A stretch of 18,079 nucleotides of DNA from a virus. Lineage: Duplodnaviria; Heunggongvirae; Uroviricota; Caudoviricetes. Positions 7,264 to 15,308 of the stretch are shown here, one piece after another. The notes under the pieces were generated by a model. It was not told the DNA's origin. It saw only the letters and a program-made list of their open reading frames with translations, and searched no databases. The stretch covers positions 1 through 18,079 of the IMG/VR virus record IMGVR_UViG_2698536536_000001; one strand, 5' to 3'. Made by a program: the position numbers and the translations under genes. Positions within the stretch are counted from its first letter, which is position 1. Every line of letters starts with the position of its first letter.

Positions 7264-9285
7264 ATGTCGTTGGAAATTATTTCATTGGAGTTAGTAGCAA
7301 ATACTTCGGATGGGCGTTATGGTGTTAGTATACCTTTTTCAAATGGCTTGTTTTTATTAAGAGTTGAGAATTCTCATGGTAAATCAACTTGCATGAATGG
7401 GATTGCATATGCACTTGGGATGGAAAAGGCATTAGGTGTCGGTTCTGGAAAAATCCCATTCCCTCCATCTTTGACTAGAGCACTAACGACAAAAGATAAT
7501 GTTGAAGTTAGTGTAATATCATCTTATGTTTTGCTAAAAATAAAGAATCATAAGGGAATAGAAGCATCTTTGAAAAGGAATATTATCGGTCACGATAATA
7601 ATAATGTTATTTATATAGATGAGAAGAATAATGTAAAAAGTAAGAGTGGTACTTATTTTTTACATAGAGAGGGCGATACTGAAAGGGAACGTGGTTTCTA
7701 TAAGTGGTTAGCTGATTTTATAGGTTGGAGTTTGCCAAATGTTCCAAACCATAATGGGAAGGACACTATTCTTTATCCATCCGTACTTTTCCCTGCATGG
7801 TATGTTGAGCAAAAAAAAGGATGGTCGTCAATTATGGCGACTGTACCAACACAATTTGGAATTAAAGAGCCAAAGAAAAGAGCTCTAGAATTTTTAATGT
7901 CTCTTGATGTTAATGATAATATTTTATTGCGTAGTTCGTTAAGAAATGAACTTGATATTATTTATCATGATTGGAAGTTAATTAAACACAATGCAGAAGT
8001 TATTGCTTCTAAATTGTCGTCAGTTGTCACAGGGATTCCTGAACAACCAGTGGCAAAATTTGATCATTATAAGATAGATTTGATTATTAAAAATGGTAGT
8101 GTCGTTAGATCTATTGTTGATGTTCGTAATGAACTGGAAAAAGAGTTGCAAGAAATTAAGTTTGACACTCTTGGTGAGCAAGAAGAACAAACTTTACAAT
8201 TATCAGTGGTTAAGTTATTAGGTCAAAAAAATGATGAAATTAACTCTCTGGAATTAAAGATTAAAGAGATTTGTGAGCATAGAAGTTATATTCAATATCA
8301 AATTCAGGCGACCAAAAACAGATTGTATAATCTGTTGGAAGATAAAAGGAAGTATGAAGATTTAAAGAAAATATCATCTTCGGATGCGTATAAGTCAACA
8401 GATTTAATGTCAAATATTTGTCCGACTTGTGGTGCAAGTTATAATGATAATTTGCTAAGTTTTTCATCGCAAGAAAATCTGATGACATATGAAGATAGTT
8501 TGAACTTTATTAAAGAGCAAGTAAAAGCATTTGAGTTTGTTCTGTCGGATAGTGAAAAGCAATTAAAGCTTAAAGATGTTGAGAGGAGTGATTTAGAGGG
8601 GGAAATAGCCAAGATTAGAGTTGATATTAATGCATTAAGGGAGTCAAAATATCCCTCAATGGTTGTTCAGGAGGAGTTTCTGAGACGTAAAATAAACATT
8701 GAGAATAAAATTAATGCCATTAACGATGGCATTAAAAGTATATTGGACATTAGACTGGAGTTGGATTCATTACACCGTAGATATAAAAAGCTTATCGCGA
8801 AAAGAAAAGGGTTGCCAGATAATTTCTTGTCGCGTAATGATGCCGATAAGTTAAAATTTCTTAATAAAGAAGTCGTTGCACGATTAGAAAAATATAATTT
8901 TACAAGTTTTGATTCTAAACTTGTGTCAATATCAGAAGATAATTACTTACCTACTAGGGAAGGATATGATATAGGTTTTGACACATCAGCTAGTGATGGA
9001 ATAAGAATCATTTGGGGTTATTTAATAAGTTTATTTGTTGTTGGTTCTAAATTTCAAACAAATCACCCTGGATTGATTGTGTTTGATGAGCCTCGTCAAC
9101 AAGAAGCAAATAAAGTAAGTTTTGCCGAGTTACTTAAAGATGCTGCAGAAACAACAAAAGGACAAGGGCAGATCATTTTTGCTACATCAGAAGATGAAAA
9201 TGTCTTAAAAGAGGCATTAGAAGGGTATGACTATACAATGATATCCTTTGATAAGAACAATGGGAAATTGTTGAGGAAATTATAA
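7264..9285 (+). CDS. Cargo gene 3: SMC/Rad50-like ABC ATPase with coiled-coil arms, 673 aa
   Basis: N-terminal Walker A-like P-loop VENSHGKST (about 7366..7389). Long K/E/L-rich heptad-like middle region. CPTC motif at 8419..8430 near the middle of the coiled coil. C-terminal Walker B/D-loop GLIVFDEP (about 9071..9094). Confidence 0.75.
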   Translation: MSLEIISLELVANTSDGRYGVSIPFSNGLFLLRVENSHGKSTCMNGIAYALGMEKALGVGSGKIPFPPSLTRALTTKDNVEVSVISSYVLLKIKNHKGIEASLKRNIIGHDNNNVIYIDEKNNVKSKSGTYFLHREGDTERERGFYKWLADFIGWSLPNVPNHNGKDTILYPSVLFPAWYVEQKKGWSSIMATVPTQFGIKEPKKRALEFLMSLDVNDNILLRSSLRNELDIIYHDWKLIKHNAEVIASKLSSVVTGIPEQPVAKFDHYKIDLIIKNGSVVRSIVDVRNELEKELQEIKFDTLGEQEEQTLQLSVVKLLGQKNDEINSLELKIKEICEHRSYIQYQIQATKNRLYNLLEDKRKYEDLKKISSSDAYKSTDLMSNICPTCGASYNDNLLSFSSQENLMTYEDSLNFIKEQVKAFEFVLSDSEKQLKLKDVERSDLEGEIAKIRVDINALRESKYPSMVVQEEFLRRKINIENKINAINDGIKSILDIRLELDSLHRRYKKLIAKRKGLPDNFLSRNDADKLKFLNKEVVARLEKYNFTSFDSKLVSISEDNYLPTREGYDIGFDTSASDGIRIIWGYLISLFVVGSKFQTNHPGLIVFDEPRQQEANKVSFAELLKDAAETTKGQGQIIFATSEDENVLKEALEGYDYTMISFDKNNGKLLRKL

Positions 9286-9408
9286 ACTTTTATGTTGCTG
9301 CATTAGAATGCATGATTATTGTTTATCTGTTAAGAGTGCTCCGTGCCAGTGTCGGCGCGGAGAAATCATGTCATGCACCTGCATTAAAACCGACCCATGA
9401 AGCGGGCG

Positions 9409-9427
9409 GGCGAGGCGGGGAAAGCAC
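9409..9427. other. Putative cos site (19-nt cohesive end ggcgaggcggggaaagcac)
   Basis: Matches the P2 cohesive-end sequence as I recall it. Lies in the GC-rich intergenic region between the hotspot cargo and Q, where cos sits in P2. Confidence 0.55.
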
Positions 9428-9565
9428 TGCGCGCTGGCGGTGGTGCTGATTTTATTTTCCAGCGTCTCAGCGCGTCGTGACGGCGCTTAGTCTGCCCGTT
9501 GGGGGTTGGTGTGTCTGCGGGGTGTTTTGTGCGGTGGTGAGCGAGTGAGGGCGTGATGACGGGGT

Positions 9566-9589
9566 ATAAAAAAGCCGCCCGCAGGCGGC
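9566..9589 (-). terminator. Rho-independent terminator downstream of Q
   Basis: Minus-strand hairpin gccgcc-tgcg-ggcggc (stems at 9574..9579 and 9584..9589) followed by a U-run (a-run 9566..9573 on the plus strand), directly 3' of the Q stop. Confidence 0.5.
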
Positions 9590-9594
9590 GATGT

Positions 9595-10629
9595 TCAGCC
9601 GTTGTCAGTGTCCAGTGAGTAGTTTTTAAAGCGGATGACCTCCTGACCGAGCCAGCCGTTTATCTCGCGGATCCTGTCCTGTAGCGGGATAAGCTCATTG
9701 CGGACAAAGACCTTTGCCACTTTCTCAATATCACCCAGCGACCCGACGTTCTCCGGCTTGCCGCCCATCAACTGAAAGGGGATGCGGTGCGCGTCCAGCA
9801 GGTCAGCGGCGCTGGCTTTTTTGATATTAAAAAAATCGTCCTTCGTTGCCACTTCACTGAGCGGGATAATTTTGATGCCGTCGGCTTTCCCCTGTGGGGC
9901 ATAGAGAAACAGATTTTTAAAGTTGTTGCGGCCTTTCGACTTCACCATGTTTTCGCGGAGCATTTCGATATCGTTGCGATCCTGCACGGCATCAGTGACG
10001 TACATGATGTATCCGGCATGAGCGCCGTTTTCGTAATACTTGCGGCGGAACAGTGTGGCTGATTCATTCAGCCAGGCAGAATTAAGGGCGCTGAGATATT
10101 CCGGCAGGCCGTACAGCTCCTGATTGATATCCGGCTCCAGCAGGTGAAACACGGAGCCGGGCGTGAAGGCTGTCGGCTCGTTGAAGGACGGCACCCACCA
10201 GTAAACATCCTCCTCCACGCCACGGCGGGTATATTTTGCCGGTGAGGTTTCCAGTCTAATGACCTTACCGGTGGTGCTGTAACGCTTTTCCAGAAACGCA
10301 TTACCGAACACCAGAAAATCCAGCACAAAGCGGCTGAAATCCTGTTGCGAAAGCCACGGATGCGGGATAAATGTCGAGGCCAGAATATTGCGTTTAACGT
10401 AAATCGGTGAGCTGTGATGCACGGCAGCACGCAGGCTTTTCGCCAGACCGGTAAAGCTGACCGGCGGCTCATACCATCTGCCGTTACTGATGCACTCGAC
10501 GTAATCCAGAATGTCACGGCGGTCGAGTACCGGCACCGGCTCACCAAAGGTGAAAGCCTCCATTTTCGGGGCGCTGGCGGTCATTTTTTTTGCCTCAGGT
10601 TGCGGTGTTTTCCCTTTTTTCTTGCTCAT
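9595..10629 (-). CDS. Q: Portal (capsid) protein Q, 344 aa
   Basis: 344 aa, the length I recall for P2 Q. N-terminus MSKKKGKTPQP… Adjacent to cos and in P2 orientation. Confidence 0.85.
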   Translation of the reverse strand: MSKKKGKTPQPEAKKMTASAPKMEAFTFGEPVPVLDRRDILDYVECISNGRWYEPPVSFTGLAKSLRAAVHHSSPIYVKRNILASTFIPHPWLSQQDFSRFVLDFLVFGNAFLEKRYSTTGKVIRLETSPAKYTRRGVEEDVYWWVPSFNEPTAFTPGSVFHLLEPDINQELYGLPEYLSALNSAWLNESATLFRRKYYENGAHAGYIMYVTDAVQDRNDIEMLRENMVKSKGRNNFKNLFLYAPQGKADGIKIIPLSEVATKDDFFNIKKASAADLLDAHRIPFQLMGGKPENVGSLGDIEKVAKVFVRNELIPLQDRIREINGWLGQEVIRFKNYSLDTDNG

Positions 10630-10940
10630 CAGTAAAACTCCAGAATGGTGGATGTCAGCGGAGTGCTGATACCGGCGGTGAGTGGCTCATTTAACAGGGC
10701 GTGCATGGTTGCCCAGGCGAGGTCGGCGTGGCTGGCTTCCTCGCTGCGGCTGGCCTCATAGGTGGCGCTGCGTCCGCTGCTGGTCATGGTCTTGCGGATA
10801 GCCATAAACGAGCTGGTGATGTCGGTGGCGCTGACGTCATATTCCAGACAGCCACGGCGGATAACGTCTTTTGCCTTGGCCGACATCGTGCTCAACAGTA
10901 CGCAGGCGTCTTTCTGTACCGAATACCGCGTCGTGACCGG
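10629..10940 (-). pseudogene. P: 3' remnant of terminase large-subunit gene P, truncated by deletion
   Basis: Open frame whose stop overlaps the Q start (ATGA), as for P-Q in P2, but only about 100 codons remain before it collides with gene I on the opposite strand. Upstream boundary is approximate. Homology to P not verified. Confidence 0.4.
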
Positions 10941-10948
10941 AGGCTCGG

Positions 10949-11479
10949 ATGAGTGATTCGCGACTGCTGCCGACCGGCTCATCACCGCTTGAGGTCGCCG
11001 CCGCAAAAGCCTGTGCGGAAATTGAAAAAACGCCGGTCAGTATTCGTGAGCTGTGGAACCCGGACACCTGTCCGGCAAATCTGCTGCCGTGGCTGGCGTG
11101 GGCGTTTTCGGTCGACAGGTGGGATGAAAAGTGGCCGGAAGCGACAAAACGCGCCGTTATCCGCGATGCGTATTTCATCCACTGTCATAAGGGCACTATC
11201 GGTGCAATCCGGCGTGTGGTGGAGCCGCTCGGCTATCTCATCAACGTGACGGAGTGGTGGGAAAACAGTGACCCGCCAGGCACCTTCCGGCTTGATATTG
11301 GTGTTCTGGAAAGTGGCATCACAGAGGCAATGTATCAGGAAATGGAACGGCTGATTGCTGATGCCAAACCTGCAAGCCGTCACCTTATTGGCCTGAACAT
11401 TACCCGGGACATTCCCGGCTACCTGTTCGCCGGTGGTGTGGCTTACGACGGCGATGTAATTACGGTTTACCCCGGATAA
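10949..11479 (+). CDS. I: Baseplate assembly protein I, 176 aa
   Basis: 176 aa with sequence matching recalled P2 gpI (MSDSRLLPTGSSPLEVAAAKA…). SD ggagg upstream. Immediately followed by H. Confidence 0.8.
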   Translation: MSDSRLLPTGSSPLEVAAAKACAEIEKTPVSIRELWNPDTCPANLLPWLAWAFSVDRWDEKWPEATKRAVIRDAYFIHCHKGTIGAIRRVVEPLGYLINVTEWWENSDPPGTFRLDIGVLESGITEAMYQEMERLIADAKPASRHLIGLNITRDIPGYLFAGGVAYDGDVITVYPG

Positions 11480-11489
11480 GTGAGGAATA

Positions 11490-13700
11490 ATGAGCACAAA
11501 ATTCAGAACCGTTATCACCACTGCCGGTGCAGCAAAGCTGGCAGCGGCAACCGCGCCGGGAGGGCGGAAGGTCAACATTACCACGATGGCCGTCGGGGAT
11601 GGCGGTGGTAAATTGCCTGTCCCGGATGCCGGACAGACCGGGCTTATCCATGAAGTCTGGCGACATGCGCTGAACAAAATCAGCCAGGACAAACGAAACA
11701 GTAATTATATTATCGCAGAGCTGGTTATTCCGCCGGAGGTGGGCGGTTTCTGGATGCGTGAGCTTGGCCTGTACGATGATGCGGGAACATTAATTGCCGT
11801 GGCGAACATGGCCGAAAGTTATAAGCCAGCTCTTGCCGAAGGCTCAGGGCGTTCGCAGACCTGTCGCATGGTCATCATCGTCAGCAGTGTGGCCTCAGTG
11901 GCGCTGACCATTGACACCACAACGGTGATGGCGACGCAGGATTACGTTGATGACAAAATTGCAGAGCATGAACAGTCACGACGTCACCCGGACGCCTCGC
12001 TGACCGCAAAAGGTTTTACTCAGTTAAGCAATGCGACCAACAGCACGTCTGAAACACTGGCCGCAACGCCGAAAGCGGTAAAGGCCGCGTATGATCTTGC
12101 TAACGGGAAATACACTGCGCAGGATGCCACCACAGCGCGAAAAGGCCTTGTCCAGCTCAGTAGCGCCACCAACAGCACGTCTGAAACGCTCGCCGCAACA
12201 CCAAAAGCGGTAAAGGCAGCATATGACCTGGCTAACGGGAAATATACCGCACAGGACGCCACCACAGCGCGAAAAGGCCTTGTCCAGCTCAGTAGCGCCA
12301 CCAACAGCGATTCTGAAACGCTTGCGGCAACGCCAAAGGCGGTAAAAGCAGCATATGACCTTGCTAACGGGAAATACACTGCACAGGATGCCACCACGGC
12401 GCGAAAAGGTCTTGTCCAGCTCAGTAGCGACACCAACAGTGATTCTGAAACGCTGGCCGCAACACCAAAAGCGGTGAAGTCTGCCTATGACAATGCTGAA
12501 AAACGTCTTCAGAAAGATCAGAACGGTGCGGATATTCCGGGAAAGGATACCTTCACGAAAAATATCGGTGCCTGTCGTGCTTATAGCGGTGCTTTGAGCA
12601 CTGAAGCCGGAAACTGGACAACCGCTCAGTTTATTGACTGGCTAGAGTCTCAGGGAGCCTTTAATCATCCCTACTGGATGTGCAAGTGTTCCTGGTCATA
12701 CGGTAATAACAAAATTATTACCGATACTGACTGTGGGACGATTCATCTTGCAGGTTGCGTGATTGAGGTTATGGGCGTTAAAGCAGCAATGACCATTCGT
12801 GTGACCACTCCGAGTACATCAAGCGGTGGTGGTACCACCAGTGCGCAATTCACGTATATCAATCACGGAGCTGATTATGCGCCGGGCTGGCGACGCGACT
12901 ACAATACGAAAAATAAGCAACCGGCTTTTGCATTAGGGAAAACAGGAAATACGGTTGCAAATAATAAAGCGGTAGGATGGAACTGGGACAGTGGTGCTTA
13001 TTGTGCAAAGGATGGCGGAGCATCCAAAATGGTGCTGCATTTTTACACGGGTGAGGGAAGTTGTCCGGCAATGCAGTTTCTTGTGGATTATAAAAACAGG
13101 GGGATTTTTTACAGGTCGGCACGTGATTGGTATGGATTTGAGGCTGACTGGTCAGAGTTTTATACCACATCACGAAAGCCAACACCTGCGGATATTCTTG
13201 CTCTGGCATTATCAGGTGGAAGCATGTCAGGCAGCATAAAATTTATCAATGATGCCTTCCTGATTTGGGAAAGAAACACTGATTGGGCGAAAATTGGATT
13301 TAAAAATGATTCAGATGCTGATTCTGACTCATACATGTGGTTTGAAACTGGTGATAATGGCAATGAATATTTTAAATGGCGCATCAGGTCTGGCAGCACA
13401 ACAAAAGATCTGATGACGCTTAAGTCTGATGCACTACGGGTTACCGGGCAGGTGATACCATCAAATTTCAGCAATTTTGACTCCCGCTATGTCCGGGATA
13501 TCCGGCTTGGTGGTGCCGCCACATACAAACCTGCGAACAATGGCATGACATGGACACATCAGGCACCGTCCGGGTGTGTATATACCGGCATTATTGTTCA
13601 GGATACCGGCTCAAACTCTGCCGATAACATTGGTGGCGTATATTACAGACCGGTTCAGAAATACATTAACGGGACGTGGTACAACGTGGCGCAGGTATAA
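11490..13700 (+). CDS. H: Tail fibre protein H, 736 aa, with internal tandem repeats
   Basis: Conserved P2-type N-terminus (MSTKFRTVITTAGAAKLAAA…). Central 44-aa tandem repeats. C-terminal part is lower in GC and presumably the receptor-binding region. SD gagga upstream. Followed by G. Confidence 0.85.
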   Translation: MSTKFRTVITTAGAAKLAAATAPGGRKVNITTMAVGDGGGKLPVPDAGQTGLIHEVWRHALNKISQDKRNSNYIIAELVIPPEVGGFWMRELGLYDDAGTLIAVANMAESYKPALAEGSGRSQTCRMVIIVSSVASVALTIDTTTVMATQDYVDDKIAEHEQSRRHPDASLTAKGFTQLSNATNSTSETLAATPKAVKAAYDLANGKYTAQDATTARKGLVQLSSATNSTSETLAATPKAVKAAYDLANGKYTAQDATTARKGLVQLSSATNSDSETLAATPKAVKAAYDLANGKYTAQDATTARKGLVQLSSDTNSDSETLAATPKAVKSAYDNAEKRLQKDQNGADIPGKDTFTKNIGACRAYSGALSTEAGNWTTAQFIDWLESQGAFNHPYWMCKCSWSYGNNKIITDTDCGTIHLAGCVIEVMGVKAAMTIRVTTPSTSSGGGTTSAQFTYINHGADYAPGWRRDYNTKNKQPAFALGKTGNTVANNKAVGWNWDSGAYCAKDGGASKMVLHFYTGEGSCPAMQFLVDYKNRGIFYRSARDWYGFEADWSEFYTTSRKPTPADILALALSGGSMSGSIKFINDAFLIWERNTDWAKIGFKNDSDADSDSYMWFETGDNGNEYFKWRIRSGSTTKDLMTLKSDALRVTGQVIPSNFSNFDSRYVRDIRLGGAATYKPANNGMTWTHQAPSGCVYTGIIVQDTGSNSADNIGGVYYRPVQKYINGTWYNVAQV
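12010..12495. repeat. Tandem coding repeats inside H, 132-bp unit, about 3.7 copies
   Basis: Units begin at about 12036, 12168, 12300 and 12432. They are roughly 90% identical, differing mainly at third codon positions, and encode ATNSTSETLAATPKAVKAAYDLANGKYTAQDATTARKGLVQLSS. Confidence 0.85.
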
Positions 13701-13703
13701 TTT

Positions 13704-14231
13704 ATGCAGCATTTGATAAATATAACGGCAGGTAATCCAAAAACGGTTGAACAATATCAATTGACAAAGGACTTTGATGTTGTCTGGTTTTTTTCAGAAG
13801 ATGGTAAGAACTGGTACGAAGAACAAAAGTATTTTGCTGATGACACGATAAAAATAGCGTACGACAAAGATAATATTATCCGCTATGTGGAAAAGGATGT
13901 GACAGCTATCAGACCGGATGGATTAAGTGTGGTTGAAGTGGTGGATATTACTGCTAATCGACGGGCGGACATTTCAGGGAACTGGATGTTTAAGGACGGC
14001 AAAGTGATTAAACGCATTTATACGGCAGAGGAATTGCGGCAGCAGGCAGAAAACCGGAAAGCCAGACTTCTTGCAGATGCTGAATCCGTGATTTTGCCGC
14101 TGGAGCGCGCGGTCAGACTGAACATGGCAACAGATGAGGAGCGTAGCCGACTGGAAGCATGGGAACGCTACAGCGTTCTGGTCAGTCGTGTGGAGCCTGC
14201 AAATCCTGAATGGCCGGAAATGCCGCAATAA
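13704..14231 (+). CDS. G: Tail fibre assembly protein G, 175 aa
   Basis: 175 aa, directly downstream of H as in P2. Start is 3 bp after the H stop. Confidence 0.8.
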   Translation: MQHLINITAGNPKTVEQYQLTKDFDVVWFFSEDGKNWYEEQKYFADDTIKIAYDKDNIIRYVEKDVTAIRPDGLSVVEVVDITANRRADISGNWMFKDGKVIKRIYTAEELRQQAENRKARLLADAESVILPLERAVRLNMATDEERSRLEAWERYSVLVSRVEPANPEWPEMPQ

Positions 14232-14412
14232 GTTGTATGAGCTTACATATCTATTGCGTAGAGTAAAGCATAATCTGACAGTCCGCTCTGTGCCAGAAGC
14301 GGACGTAGCGGCAGCATACATAACCTTATGATTTCTTAAAATTTTCCGCTTGGTTTCTGATTGACTAATGAAAATTAATTGAAATTATAAAGCATTCGCA
14401 GTAACTTGTGCG

Positions 14413-14658
14413 GTGCCGATAATTTCATTCTACCCAATATCATTTATGATTGTAGATAAGAGTAGTGAAAAATATAACAACGGATATAGTGTTGCAATAC
14501 CACTTGGAGCCGTGAAAATGGAACTGGCCGATGATGTACTAAAAATAAACCTTTCATCATGGAATGATATTAAAACAGGATTTCCTTACACAGGGATTAA
14601 TGAGTATGAGTTACTCATATTAGATGAGAATCTTTCATTTATAACTTATAAAAAATAA
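14413..14658 (+). CDS. Hypothetical small protein in the Z/fun hotspot position (start uncertain)
   Basis: AT-rich ORF between G and FI. The ORF-track start is a GTG; an alternative ATG lies at 14446. No clear SD. No recognisable motif. Confidence 0.3.
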   Translation: MPIISFYPISFMIVDKSSEKYNNGYSVAIPLGAVKMELADDVLKINLSSWNDIKTGFPYTGINEYELLILDENLSFITYKK

Positions 14659-14713
14659 CAATTAACAATACTTCACTTATGTGTGAGTGGTTTTAAAGAG
14701 TAAATAATTCATA

Positions 14714-15016
14714 ATGGAAAAAAGTATGACAATTGAAACCATAAAAATACTAGCGGCAATTAGTAGCATCATTGGTTCTATGATTCTTGCCTATCGAGTT
14801 ACAGGGATTCTTGCAGCACTTTCTCTTGCAATAGATTGCCATGAAGAAAACATTAAACAATTAATGCCAACCAATAAGGGGGATGTTTATTATCTCGCAA
14901 ATGCAACTACGCACGTTAAAAATGCGCAAAAGAAACCGCTTCTAATCACGGGGTTTATCTTTCTAATTGCATCTGGTTTTTTGCAGTTTACAGCGTTGAT
15001 AATGGCAAATATTTAA
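14714..15016 (+). CDS. Small membrane protein, about 100 aa with two predicted transmembrane helices
   Basis: Hydrophobic segments IKILAAISSIIGSMILAY…GILAALSLAI and LLITGFIFLIASGFLQFTALIMANI. AT-rich. Followed by a terminator at 15186..15213. Confidence 0.5.
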   Translation: MEKSMTIETIKILAAISSIIGSMILAYRVTGILAALSLAIDCHEENIKQLMPTNKGDVYYLANATTHVKNAQKKPLLITGFIFLIASGFLQFTALIMANI

Positions 15017-15185
15017 CAATGGAATGATACCACCGGTGGTGCGGCTGAAACGATTTGTACGTCATTTAAGCCGCATCGAAATTTAAAGTAACGTCCGCAA
15101 TTCGCTCCAAGCAGACTGTCAGATTTGATAGCGTTTTGGCTATGTAAATTGTCAGTCGGAAAATGAGTGAATACAAATCAGGACA

Positions 15186-15213
15186 GGCGGGCTGATTGCC
15201 CGCCTTTTCTTTA
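15186..15213 (+). terminator. Rho-independent terminator after the Z/fun-position cargo
   Basis: Hairpin ggcgggc-tgatt-gcccgcc followed by ttttcttt. Confidence 0.55.
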
Positions 15214-15308
15214 TCTGTTGTTTCATCCCCTGACCAGCCAGGTCAAATAGCGTCTCATGCTCTGCACAACAGAAAATAGTTGCACCCATTAACCACGGAG
15301 TTAAACGG

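Noticed and set aside
5754-9300. AT-rich block as an insertion sequence or transposon
   Set aside because: No terminal inverted repeats, no target-site duplication, and none of the three proteins looks like a transposase (no DDE or HUH transposase pattern seen). Its position matches the P2 accessory hotspot.
10068-10547. 159-aa minus-strand ORF plus plus-strand ORFs 9787..10062 and 10414..10635
   Set aside because: All lie within or overlap the portal gene Q in other frames or on the other strand. Q is full length and recognisable.
10982-11692. 236-aa minus-strand ORF
   Set aside because: It lies antisense to genes I and H, which have strong P2 synteny and recognisable sequences. No start signals. 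Most likely a chance open frame in GC-rich coding DNA.
12020-12436. 138-aa minus-strand ORF with internal repeats
   Set aside because: It is antisense to the tandem repeats of tail fibre gene H. The repeat periodicity keeps the frame open, but H on the plus strand is supported by synteny with I and G and by the conserved N-terminus.
12010-12495. Possible CRISPR array
   Set aside because: The repeats are 132 bp, contiguous with no spacers, and in frame within a tail fibre gene. They are protein-coding tandem repeats.
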